Shown piece by piece: positions 17,601 to 27,239 of a stretch of 64,000 bases of DNA (the stretch's first letter is position 1; each line of letters starts with the position of its first letter). Both the position numbers and the translations under genes were made by a program. The notes under the pieces are model-generated. The model searched no databases, was not told where the DNA came from, and was given only the letters and a program-made list of their open reading frames with translations. The stretch lies in the IMG/VR virus record IMGVR_UViG_2585427754_000004; one strand, given 5' to 3'. The stretch comes from a virus (taxonomy: Duplodnaviria > Heunggongvirae > Uroviricota > Caudoviricetes).

Positions 17601-19709
17601 ATGTCTAAAAAACGTTCCATCAAAGAGGTTCAGGACTTCCGTGACAGTGTAAAACGAGTAGTCGCTCTCCTTTCAGGTAAAAACATCCCTGTTGCAGAAC
17701 GAGGGGACGACGCTTATGTACGCTATAACGATGATGGAGAGCCAATTCTCGTAAACATCCCATCAATCCCGGATAACGCAACACCGGCATTGATGAATGC
17801 TGTGCGCGGATTTCTCGATCATGAGGTTGCTCACATTTTGTTTACCGATATTCGTGTGTCCAACAAAATGAGAGAAAAAGGACGCGTTCCTTCCTGGTCG
17901 CTATGGAATGCCTTAGAAGACGTGTTCATCGAGCGAAAAATGGGTCAGGTCTTTAACGGAACAAGACGTAATCTGATGGCAACTCAGCGCCTTATAATCG
18001 AAAAAGTCTTTAAACCAAAGGCTTCAGAGGCTATTGCTTATTGTGGCAAAGATCAGCGCGCGCTTTTTCTAAACTTCTTTCTCTGTCCGGTTGTAAGAGC
18101 CTGGGATGGCCAAGCACCGTTCGTAGATTTCATGGATGAATATTGGCCTGTCATTGAGAAACCAATTTCATTATTAAAAGAACATGGTATCGATGTGGCC
18201 GTGCGTAACATGTCTTGCACCGAGGATTGTGTAAAGGTGGCTGCGACCATAGCTAAGATCCTCAAAGACACTGAAAGTGAAAGCAAAGGTAAGGAGTCAG
18301 CTCCGGGAAAAACTTCCGATCCTTCAGACGCTGACCAGACGGATGCCTCTGGAGAAAACAATGAAGACAACGAAGATCATGAGACACCCTCATCGTTAGA
18401 TAATCACAAATCTATTAAATCAGAGTCACATAGTAAGCACAAACATGATAATAACGACAGTGATGATTCAGATAATCCTGAATCATCAGAAACAATATTC
18501 GATGATACAGAAAATGATAAAGCGGTATCAGATTCTGATGCTTCTGATAACGCGGCGTCAGAATCATTAACCGCTGACCACGAAAAAAGAAAAACGACAG
18601 AAGACGGCTCTTCAGACATTCCAACTCCGTCAAAAATGAGTCTGGAAGAGGCTTTAGAGGAGTTGGATAGCATGGAAGATGAAGTCGGAGGCATGACAGA
18701 AGATGCGCTATCCGAAACGATTAAAAGCGAGTTAACAGAAAGCTCGAAAAGCGAATACAGGCCATACAATCGCTCATACGACTTCATCGGCTCGATTGAT
18801 CAGGCAGAAGCCCATATCAAACGGCTTATTAAAACATTCTCCGATATTGATTTAGGTGGATATCCAATCAGCCGTTATCGCATCGTTCCTGAAGGCAACC
18901 AACTCTTCGACAAATATATTGAAAAGCACCTTTCGTCAGGTGTTTCGTCGACGCTGGCAAAAGACCTGGAACGTGCAATAGCAAGCAGAAACAGAGTTCA
19001 GTTTATACCTGGCCAGCGTCGGGGGCGCATTCATGGTTCAAGTATCTACAGATTAACAATGAATGATGATCGCGTGTTTCGTAAAAAAGAAGAATCTAAA
19101 GCCGTTAACGCCTGTGTTCAACAAGTGATTGATTTATCGGGTTCAATGAGTGGCGAAACGATAAAACTAGCTCTTGCAAGTGCATATACCATCGCCGATG
19201 CACTTGATCGAATAAATGTTCCCAACATTATCACCGGCTTCACTACATTTGGCAGTCATATGGCAGCAGGAGAACTTAAGGCTATCAAATATGAGTTCTC
19301 TCGCTTTGAATCTTTAATGCTACCTATCATCAAAAATTGGAATGAAAAAGCAAATTCTCGCGAAGTTCGCTCACGTATGGGGTGCGTAGGCTACACATTC
19401 CCACTTCTTAATAACGTGGATGGTGAAAGCATAGCCAGCCTTGCATCGTTATTTTCCGGTCGCTTGGAGGACAGGAAGATCATGCTTGTTCTGAGTGATG
19501 GCGCGCCGTGGGCTGTTGGGAGAGGTTTTGACGCTCATTTGCGTTCAGTTGCGAAGCAAATTGAAACGCAGACTGACATTGATTTGATGGCAATTGGCAT
19601 CATGACTGATGCACCGGAGAGATTTTACTCAAATCATGCCCTGGTAACGAGCGTTGATAGTCTTGGTTCATCTGTAGTTACTGAACTATCTCGTATCATT
19701 TTAAAGTGA
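17601..19709 (+). CDS. von Willebrand factor A (vWA) domain protein with long acidic Ser/Asp-rich insertion (CobT-like)
   Basis: MIDAS motif DLSGSMSGET in the C-terminal half; roughly 150-aa low-complexity acidic region in the middle; conserved upstream motif. Confidence 0.55.
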   Translation: MSKKRSIKEVQDFRDSVKRVVALLSGKNIPVAERGDDAYVRYNDDGEPILVNIPSIPDNATPALMNAVRGFLDHEVAHILFTDIRVSNKMREKGRVPSWSLWNALEDVFIERKMGQVFNGTRRNLMATQRLIIEKVFKPKASEAIAYCGKDQRALFLNFFLCPVVRAWDGQAPFVDFMDEYWPVIEKPISLLKEHGIDVAVRNMSCTEDCVKVAATIAKILKDTESESKGKESAPGKTSDPSDADQTDASGENNEDNEDHETPSSLDNHKSIKSESHSKHKHDNNDSDDSDNPESSETIFDDTENDKAVSDSDASDNAASESLTADHEKRKTTEDGSSDIPTPSKMSLEEALEELDSMEDEVGGMTEDALSETIKSELTESSKSEYRPYNRSYDFIGSIDQAEAHIKRLIKTFSDIDLGGYPISRYRIVPEGNQLFDKYIEKHLSSGVSSTLAKDLERAIASRNRVQFIPGQRRGRIHGSSIYRLTMNDDRVFRKKEESKAVNACVQQVIDLSGSMSGETIKLALASAYTIADALDRINVPNIITGFTTFGSHMAAGELKAIKYEFSRFESLMLPIIKNWNEKANSREVRSRMGCVGYTFPLLNNVDGESIASLASLFSGRLEDRKIMLVLSDGAPWAVGRGFDAHLRSVAKQIETQTDIDLMAIGIMTDAPERFYSNHALVTSVDSLGSSVVTELSRIILK

Positions 19710-19804
19710 ACAAAACAGCCTTAACGATAAGTAACCACTTACGATAGATAATGATATATTTATATAAGAAGTTGAACGCTCATTAGAAAACAAAGGAAAA
19801 ACGC

Positions 19805-21040
19805 ATGACTACTACTGCACTGCAAAATGAAAAAAATCCTTCTGATTACCTTGTTTGCAAGTGGTGCGGAAAATCATTTCACTATTTTAAGTCCCATGTA
19901 GCCAATGGTAATTGCGAGGGCATTCCTGAGTCAGTAAAAGATGCCGATCCTGACACCGTACTGAAAATGTACACAACACAGTTTCCAGATGAGCCAACGC
20001 TATCGAAAAAGGCACTTGATGCAATTCAAGCTAAACGTGCCGAGCAAAAAAGCGAAATGGCCAAATCATCTGGCGTGACCAGTAGCCCAGGCTACACAGG
20101 CACAGTTGAGTACAAGACAGATCTGGTCGCAGCTCACGAACTGCTAAATGTAACGGTGAAAGAACTCGGAACAAAACGTGGGACGCCGCTCATGGTTAGC
20201 GTCAACGTCAATACGCCGTATCCAGAGTTCGTTCCAGAAGTGAAGAAGGGCTACGTATATGGCGACTTCGAACTGATCAAAGATATTTTCATGATGCTTG
20301 AACTTGGCATACCTGGCTATTTGTGGGGTCATGCAGGAACAGGCAAATCGTCATTGCCTACACAGCTATGTGCTTTGCTCAATCGTCCGTTGATCCGTGC
20401 CCAACATACAGCATCAATGGAAGAGGCACATGTTACGGGGCAAATTCTGGCGCGTGATGGCTCTACGTATTTCGAGCCTGGCTTGCTTGCGCTCGCAATG
20501 AAGCATGGCTGGGTTTACCTCGCGGATGAATACGACTTTGCGTTTCCACAAATTCTTGGCGTGTATCAGCCAGTGCTGGAAGGTGAGGCGTTGGTCATCA
20601 AAGAGGCAACTCCAGAATGGCGTCGCATTACTCCGCATGAACGGTTTGCTTTCATTGGCACTGGCAACACAAACGGTTCTGGTGATGAAACCGGCTTGTA
20701 CCAGGGTACAAACATCCAGAACGCCGCGAACTTTTCGCGTTTTGGCATCGTTTCGAATGTGAAATACATGAGCAAAGAGGCAGAGATCAACATGTTGATA
20801 AATGCCGGTATCGTGGATGAATACGCAGAAAAGATGGTTAAGTTTGCCGGTATCGTTCGCGATGGATACGAAGAACACCTTATCAGTCAGCCAATTGGCC
20901 CTCGTGAACTTTTGTTGTCGGCCAAGATTGGAATGATGCGAGGCGACTTTGTGACAGGTATTGAGCGTTCTTTCATTAACAAACTCCCTTCAGCTTCTGC
21001 ACAAGCGGCTCGTGAAGTTGTTCAAAAAATATTTGGTTAA
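19805..21040 (+). CDS. AAA+ ATPase (MoxR/CobS-like)
   Basis: Walker A GHAGTGKSS, Walker B VYLADEYD; N-terminal Cys/His cluster; directly follows the vWA gene. Confidence 0.6.
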   Translation: MTTTALQNEKNPSDYLVCKWCGKSFHYFKSHVANGNCEGIPESVKDADPDTVLKMYTTQFPDEPTLSKKALDAIQAKRAEQKSEMAKSSGVTSSPGYTGTVEYKTDLVAAHELLNVTVKELGTKRGTPLMVSVNVNTPYPEFVPEVKKGYVYGDFELIKDIFMMLELGIPGYLWGHAGTGKSSLPTQLCALLNRPLIRAQHTASMEEAHVTGQILARDGSTYFEPGLLALAMKHGWVYLADEYDFAFPQILGVYQPVLEGEALVIKEATPEWRRITPHERFAFIGTGNTNGSGDETGLYQGTNIQNAANFSRFGIVSNVKYMSKEAEINMLINAGIVDEYAEKMVKFAGIVRDGYEEHLISQPIGPRELLLSAKIGMMRGDFVTGIERSFINKLPSASAQAAREVVQKIFG

Positions 21041-21220
21041 TCGTGCGTAAAGGATGTTTCGGCTCTCTTATCGCTGCTTCTGAAACTGGTAAGGCTTGTC
21101 TGGTGTGTCCAGACAAGCCCGATTGTCACCAATCAGCAAAAGAAGTTGCGATTTCGATGCATGGGAAGTTCGTAGGCTTCCCCAATGACAAAATCAAAAA
21201 AACCAGAAAGGTAAAAACAC

Positions 21221-24200
21221 ATGAAGGCACTGATGGTTCGAACTGACTTCTCACTTGGGGAGTCGGCTCTAAAAGCAGAAAACGCGGTGAAGATTGCCAG
21301 AGAAGCTGGCTACACCGCTGTAATTTCAGCAGATAGCATGAATATTGCGAGCGTTATTCCACTACAACGTGCCGCTGGTGACGACATGGCGGTTATTTGT
21401 GGTGTGAAACTAAACATTGTTGATGATCCCACATACGAACACCGGGCTAAACTTGCTAAAGAATCTATGAGATGTATGGAATCATTAGAGCGGGGACGTA
21501 ACTACTCGTTTACCGCTCTAATTAAAAATGAGCAAGGATATCGCGACATCTGCGAACTAATGACGGCGGCCAACACACGAGAACAGTTCTACTTTGTACC
21601 GCGTCTCTCGCTCGAACAGTTGGTTTCTACATATGCCAAAGGCAACATCATCCTGCTTACTTCCGACATCGGTAGCGTGTTCCAACGCAACGATTTTGCA
21701 AAAATCATAAGCACACTGATTACAGCGGGTGGAAAAGACAACTTCTATAGTGTGGTTTATCCGCACCCTACCCCATTCTACGACCAGATTAACGTCCGGG
21801 CGATGAAAGTCGCCAGCGCATTGAAAATAGAGCCAGTGGCGTTCTATCCCGCTTATTACGAATCGATCGACGATGCAGACATTAAAGACATCGCGCACAT
21901 GGTTACGAACAACATCAAAATCGACCAGCCGCATCGTCTGCGTATCCCCCACCAGCGAGATAACGCCGTCAATGGTCGCCGCCATCTCCTTGAGGCGCTT
22001 AAAGCCTTCTCCGTTCGCATGGATGTGCCTGTAACAGCTGCAATGGCCTCAACAACGCAGGATACCATTATCGATTCCTGCACATGGCGCTGGCATGAAT
22101 TGCCACCAGCACTGCCAAAGATGGCAGACGACGAGCCTGCAACGCTTATGAAACTGGCTGTTGCAGGGCTGCGTAAACGTCTTACCACAAAAGAGTTTGG
22201 CTACACACCACCTGCTTCTGAGAACAGGGTTTATGTTGAGCGGCTAAAGTACGAAATGGACACGCTGACTCGCCTGGGATTTTGTGGTTACTTCCTGATG
22301 GTACGCGATCTGATGAATCATAGTCGTGAAACTGGCATTCCCGTTGGGCCTGGTCGTGGTTCCTCTGCCGGTTCTCTGGTGGCGTGGTGCATAGGCATAA
22401 CCAACGTCGACCCAATCCGTCACGGTCTTCTGTTTGAGCGTTTCATCAACCCTGAGCGTCTCGACTTGCCGGATGCGGACTTGGACTTCAGCCAGGCACG
22501 TCGCCATGAGGTGATCGAGTATCTGAATGAACGCTACGGCGAAGATTACGTTGCGGGTATTCCGAACTTCACCTACCTGGGCGCAGCCTCTGCACTACGT
22601 GATACCGCTCGTATTTATGGTGTGGAGTCCGCAGATATGGCGGTATCAAAAGAACTGAAGAACGCTGAGGATGATAGCCTTCCATTGGAAGAACTGCGCG
22701 AACAACTGGCAAGTCTCGACAAATACGCAACAAAATATCCTGATGCATTCAATGCAGCCTGCAAGTTACAAAGCCTTATGCGTGGCTTTGGTAGACATGC
22801 GGCAGGGATGATCGTAGCAGGTGTTCCTCTGACAGAACGTACACCGGTTGAGCGCCGTGGTGACGCGCGTTGTATCGCATTTGACAAGCGTTACTGCGAG
22901 GCTATGGGCCTAATTAAGCTGGACGTGCTTGGCCTGGCAACTCTCGATTTGCTCGATAGTGCAAAACGCTACATAAAAGAGAACACAGGTGAAGATATCA
23001 ATCTTGATGCCATTTCTCTTGAAGATCGCAAGGTGCTGGATGGTTTTGCTGCTGGGTACACTCAAGGTGTTTTCCAGCTTGAATCAGGCCCAATGCGCAA
23101 GCTGCTTAAAGATTTAGGTGGTGGAATTGAGCCAATGAGCTTTAAAACGGTCGTCGCTACAACTGCGCTCTTCCGGCCGGGGCCAATTCAATCAGGCATG
23201 TTGGATGACTATGTTTCTGTCGCCAAAGGCTTTATGACGCCGGAATCATTACACCCCGTTCTTGATGAACTTACCGCGGAAACAAATGGCGTGATTCTCT
23301 ATCAGGAACAGACGATGAACGCGACTCGATTGCTTGCCGGCTTCACAATGGCTGAAGCTGACGCTGTGCGTTCCGCAATCGGTAAGAAGAACATGGAAAA
23401 AATGAAGAGCATGGGCGAGAAGTTCATCGTTCAGGCTCAAGCTGGCTGGATAGACGTTGAGCTGGAAGATGGCACTACACAGCGCATTCACCGTGCGGAA
23501 CATTTTAAATGCGAAGACGGAACTCTGAAAACTGTCGAAGAGGCACTTGAGCACGGCGCAAAACTACCTATAAACGCAGTACGCGTTACAGCGTCACATC
23601 CAGGGCTATCAGAGATGAAAGCGAAGGAGATCTGGACCGCATTTGAGAAAAACGGAGCCTATCAGTTCAATAAATCACACTCCGTTGCTTATTCTTTAAT
23701 CAGTTATCAGTCTATGTGGCTAAAGACGCACTACCCTGCTGAGTTCTTCGCAGCTGCGCTCACCATTCTGGGCGAGGATAAGCATCAGGGGCTGGTGAAG
23801 GATGCGCTGACCTATGGCATTCGCGTATTGCCACCAGACGTTAATGTGTCATCTAACCGAATTGAGATCCGCACACTCGAAGACGGCAGTCAGGCACTGT
23901 ATGCGCCATTCTCTGCTGTGAAAGGCTGTTCTGAAAATGGTTGTCAGGCAATTATGCGTGCGCGTGAGAAAGTTGGTGGCAAATTCGAGTCAGTGGCACA
24001 ATTCGATGAAGCGGTCGAGAAGCGTGCATGTAACAGTCGTGTACGCGAGTCGCTTCATAAAGTAGGGGCTTTTGCGTCAATTGAGCCAGGCAGTCTGCCA
24101 GCAACTGATCCTGAACGACTGCGCGACCAGGCTGAGCTGATGGGCAATCTCATCATTGACGCTGTTAAAGCATCACGTCCGTTCGAAATGAATCCTAAGC

Positions 24201-24739
24201 GTTCTGCCGAAATCAACGTACTCATGACACGTATGGCGGCTGAAATGGGCTTGGGTGAGGAGTTGATACGCCCGACTATTGGTATTAAACCCAAAATCAT
24301 GATCATTCTGGACAATGCGAACGGCAATGACGCTCGTACCGGCTACTTCATGGAGAACGGATACGACGACTTTAAGGCAAAACTACTGACAGTTGGAGAT
24401 CTGCGCATGGGCGATCTTTATGTCACGGGTGTTTGTAAGAAGGTTAAGGACAAAGAGAAAGACTATACCAAAGACGAGATAGGCCAGTTCACAGACTTTA
24501 TGCGGGAAGAAATTAATCTTGTACGACCAACCTACATTTTGACGTGTGGTAGTCGTTCAACCGCACTATTTAACAATAAGAGTAAACCATCAGATCTGAT
24601 TGGTCGTAAGGAGTACTTCCCAGAGCTTGATGCAACCGTCTTCTACGGATTTAACCCGAATATCCTGTACTTCCGACCGGAAGAAGGAGAGCGACTGGAG
24701 GCCATTCTGGCTGATATCGCGGAGACAATAAATAAGTAA
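21221..24739 (+). CDS. dnaE: DNA polymerase III alpha subunit (DnaE-type replicative polymerase)
   Basis: 1172 aa; GPGRGSSAGSLVAW, FERFINPER, PDADLDF catalytic triad region and FNKSHSVAYSL ... HYPAEFFAA align with bacterial DnaE signatures. N-terminal PHP-like region lacks the usual His residues. Confidence 0.85.
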   Translation: MKALMVRTDFSLGESALKAENAVKIAREAGYTAVISADSMNIASVIPLQRAAGDDMAVICGVKLNIVDDPTYEHRAKLAKESMRCMESLERGRNYSFTALIKNEQGYRDICELMTAANTREQFYFVPRLSLEQLVSTYAKGNIILLTSDIGSVFQRNDFAKIISTLITAGGKDNFYSVVYPHPTPFYDQINVRAMKVASALKIEPVAFYPAYYESIDDADIKDIAHMVTNNIKIDQPHRLRIPHQRDNAVNGRRHLLEALKAFSVRMDVPVTAAMASTTQDTIIDSCTWRWHELPPALPKMADDEPATLMKLAVAGLRKRLTTKEFGYTPPASENRVYVERLKYEMDTLTRLGFCGYFLMVRDLMNHSRETGIPVGPGRGSSAGSLVAWCIGITNVDPIRHGLLFERFINPERLDLPDADLDFSQARRHEVIEYLNERYGEDYVAGIPNFTYLGAASALRDTARIYGVESADMAVSKELKNAEDDSLPLEELREQLASLDKYATKYPDAFNAACKLQSLMRGFGRHAAGMIVAGVPLTERTPVERRGDARCIAFDKRYCEAMGLIKLDVLGLATLDLLDSAKRYIKENTGEDINLDAISLEDRKVLDGFAAGYTQGVFQLESGPMRKLLKDLGGGIEPMSFKTVVATTALFRPGPIQSGMLDDYVSVAKGFMTPESLHPVLDELTAETNGVILYQEQTMNATRLLAGFTMAEADAVRSAIGKKNMEKMKSMGEKFIVQAQAGWIDVELEDGTTQRIHRAEHFKCEDGTLKTVEEALEHGAKLPINAVRVTASHPGLSEMKAKEIWTAFEKNGAYQFNKSHSVAYSLISYQSMWLKTHYPAEFFAAALTILGEDKHQGLVKDALTYGIRVLPPDVNVSSNRIEIRTLEDGSQALYAPFSAVKGCSENGCQAIMRAREKVGGKFESVAQFDEAVEKRACNSRVRESLHKVGAFASIEPGSLPATDPERLRDQAELMGNLIIDAVKASRPFEMNPKRSAEINVLMTRMAAEMGLGEELIRPTIGIKPKIMIILDNANGNDARTGYFMENGYDDFKAKLLTVGDLRMGDLYVTGVCKKVKDKEKDYTKDEIGQFTDFMREEINLVRPTYILTCGSRSTALFNNKSKPSDLIGRKEYFPELDATVFYGFNPNILYFRPEEGERLEAILADIAETINK

Positions 24740-24744
24740 TAAAG

Positions 24745-24772
24745 AAAACCCGCCTGTTGGCGGGTTTATAAA
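24745..24772 (+). terminator. Terminator hairpin after dnaE
   Basis: AACCCGCC-tgtt-GGCGGGTT followed by TATAAAG. Confidence 0.5.
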
Positions 24773-25042
24773 GAATTATGGCGCTTGTTGAGGAAGTCAC
24801 TCCTCTTACGCACTTTGTTTTGCCATGCCGGCAGTTAGCTTCTGCCTTTGACTATTCATGCGGCAACCCCGCATTTCGCCACAATGGGCAATTCACTTTT
24901 ATGGAATAAACTGGCCGTTGTGTCGATTTAATTAGCATGGCCTTACCATGCTAATTTATTCAACTTGTACAATCCTGCAAATCTATCCACTCAGGCTTAC
25001 ACCGTCTTCGTTATTGTAGAAATGAGGATCATCAGCGTTGAA

Positions 25043-25258
25043 TCAGCTTAGAGCAACGACATTTGCTGCTGCTGGGCCTTTAGCCCCATTCTCGATAGAG
25101 AATTCGACCTGCTGGCCTTCTTCCAAAGTGCGGAAATTATTACTCTGAATTGCCGAAAAATGTACAAAAACATCTTTACTGCCATCAGCAGGAGAAATAA
25201 AGCCAAAGCCTTTATCAGAGTTAAACCATTTTACTAAACCAGTCATTTTATTAGACAT
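25043..25258 (-). CDS. Cold-shock protein (CspA family)
   Basis: [23 protein letters not shown] ... VFVHFSAIQ is near-canonical for a cold-shock domain with RNP1/RNP2 motifs. ATG at 25258 with SD; ORF track start at 25354 is probably too far upstream. Confidence 0.85.
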   Translation of the reverse strand: MSNKMTGLVKWFNSDKGFGFISPADGSKDVFVHFSAIQSNNFRTLEEGQQVEFSIENGAKGPAAANVVALS

Positions 25259-25587
25259 AGATATTACCTTCTTAATTTTGTGAGCCACATAGTGCGGCGA
25301 GAATTTGATCTGTATAGATTGGGACTTACTTAGGCACTTAAGGAGGAGACTCACGAAGAAGGGAAATCAGAAGATAACACTGAACTGAGACTGCTTTACT
25401 AAAACTGCTTACATAAGGTCTGTCTTGCAAACCAACGATGCTATTAACGCATACCCCTTCTTTTCATGCAACCTTTATTTTTCAAAGATAACTAATTTTT
25501 GTCACCATTGGTTTAGTAAACGTTAACGAACCAGACGATGCCAGACACCTTTACAGAGAACAGATGCCCGCCAATTGGCGGGCATCA

Positions 25588-26151
25588 TTATGCGCATTTC
25601 GCAATATCTTTGCGGCGTTTAATCAGTTTCTCCGCAATTTGCTCTATTTCGTTGAAATCTTTCGAGACGCTGTTTCGAAGCGCCAGATTCCATTTACTCA
25701 AAGTTCGGGCATTTTGGACAATTTGATCGCCCTCTTTAAGTCGTCCGTTATTCATGAGCCATTCAGCCACATCAGCCCAATCCCAGAGAGGAGACTGGCC
25801 TTTTATGCGTTGTACAGGGCAAGGGAAGTCGCCGCTTCCGCGCTTACCGTCTTTGAGCAACGCCACTGCCTGGCGAGACAGGTCTGTCAGTTCCGCGATA
25901 TCGCTTAAGCCCACAAGAGCCGAGTCGACGGATTCAACAATTGCACCGATACCGGCTGATTCAATATTGTCGACCGCAGATGCGATAGCTGCATCAAGTG
26001 ATTGTGCTTCGCGGTCAAATTCTACATAGACGGAGTTTCCATATGCGCAAATTAGCGCATCGTCACAGCCGTTTTGGTACAGCGCGTCTTCCAGTCCTTC
26101 CGTCTCATACGATACGCCTGAGAGCGTCAGAGTGAAGTTATAAAGCGCCAT
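25588..26151 (-). CDS. HTH-containing protein, candidate antitoxin or regulator
   Basis: Helix-turn-helix LSDIAELTDLSRQAVALL in the middle; start MALYNF with AAGGA ribosome-binding site; 60 bp downstream of a small ORF on the same strand. Confidence 0.4.
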   Translation of the reverse strand: MALYNFTLTLSGVSYETEGLEDALYQNGCDDALICAYGNSVYVEFDREAQSLDAAIASAVDNIESAGIGAIVESVDSALVGLSDIAELTDLSRQAVALLKDGKRGSGDFPCPVQRIKGQSPLWDWADVAEWLMNNGRLKEGDQIVQNARTLSKWNLALRNSVSKDFNEIEQIAEKLIKRRKDIAKCA

Positions 26152-26211
26152 AGTTTTCCTTTGAAGATAGTTGGACAGTTTCTGCAAAAGGCGGCTAATG
26201 CCGCCTTGAAA

Positions 26212-26436
26212 TCATTTACAACGATCAACCATTCGTTTGATCTGTTTGGCATGGTTTTCGGGATTACCCGGAGTCGACCATACGCTCATTTGGTGAGTTT
26301 TGTGTTCACCTTCTGGATTACCGCATCGCAGTCTGCAAAAACAATGTGCAGCACCACCAGCTGCTACCCAGATCCAGCCTTTACTTAATGCATAGTCAAT
26401 GGCTGCTTGAATATGCTTATTCGGATGTTGCTTCAT
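26212..26436 (-). CDS. Small protein, weak HicA-like toxin candidate
   Basis: 74 aa; LSKGW ... GGAAHCF loosely resembles the HicA fold; GGAGG ribosome-binding site; palindromic operator upstream. Confidence 0.3.
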   Translation of the reverse strand: MKQHPNKHIQAAIDYALSKGWIWVAAGGAAHCFCRLRCGNPEGEHKTHQMSVWSTPGNPENHAKQIKRMVDRCK

Positions 26437-26467
26437 TCGCCTCCGATAATAGTATTCTATTCACAGT

Positions 26468-26483
26468 GTTGACATCTGTCAAC
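26468..26483. promoter_or_regulatory. Palindrome GTTGACA-tc-TGTCAAC overlapping a -35-like hexamer for the small minus-strand gene
   Basis: Perfect 7-bp arms containing TTGACA; TATTAT-like hexamer about 17 bp downstream on the minus strand. Confidence 0.4.
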
Positions 26484-26690
26484 GGCGACTGAATTTCATC
26501 CGTTCATGCCACACCCCCATCCATCTCATGTATGTGACCTAAAGATGGTCAGCACAGCTTACCAAAATAAGACAACTAATTATCTTCGGTGATCTCAATA
26601 TTTTCCCCTGAACAAAGTTGACATGACGCCATAAACCCGTTCTCTGTTTGATATAATTGATACAGATTTTATAAGTAGGAACCTATTAGA

Positions 26691-27122
26691 GTGAACACTG
26701 ATATTTTTTCTAAAATCATGGCCGATCTGGAGTTCGACCGCGACAACCTTGAGGAAGTATGGCGTAAACAGCCACGGCTTTTAATGGAGTATGGGTCAAA
26801 ACTAGCGCAGGCAGATCGAGATGTCGCAGAGGCAAAACTTAACCTTGAAGCTGTTGAAGCAAAGCTATACGACACAGAGCGTAAGAACTTGAGTATGAAC
26901 GGCATTAAGTTCAACGAGTCTGTACTGGACGCTAAGGTTAAAACAAACCCACAGTATCTGTCTAAACGGCAGAAGTTGGATGAAGCACGGCACATCGCAG
27001 ACATATACAAACATGCTGTCGCCGCCTTTTCGCATCGCCGAGACATGATCGTTCAGGCGTCAAAGATGGCCATCGTTGAATTAGAGCGATTAGGCTCTGA
27101 ACGCTTTATTACTCCCCGTTGA
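26691..27122 (+). CDS. Hypothetical protein, possible UvsY-like recombination mediator
   Basis: 143 aa, predicted helical; position next to the SSB gene and loose similarity to T4 UvsY. GTG start. Confidence 0.3.
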   Translation: MNTDIFSKIMADLEFDRDNLEEVWRKQPRLLMEYGSKLAQADRDVAEAKLNLEAVEAKLYDTERKNLSMNGIKFNESVLDAKVKTNPQYLSKRQKLDEARHIADIYKHAVAAFSHRRDMIVQASKMAIVELERLGSERFITPR

Positions 27123-27239
27123 TTTTTGATAGATAATAAGTAAGTACTGATCTATCATTTAACAGCTCGAAAGAGCCACGAATGAACGAAAGCCCAACGC
27201 GCATAGCGCCATCGGCCAAATCACAACAAGGAGAAACAC

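Noticed and set aside
21557-24327. Multiple minus-strand ORFs (77 to 142 aa) inside the dnaE gene
   Set aside because: They are antisense to a well-supported 1172-aa polymerase gene, so they are treated as chance ORFs.
25564-25908. Plus-strand 114-aa ORF overlapping the minus-strand HTH gene
   Set aside because: It is antisense to a gene with a good ribosome-binding site and HTH motif, has no ribosome-binding site of its own, and translates to low-complexity sequence.
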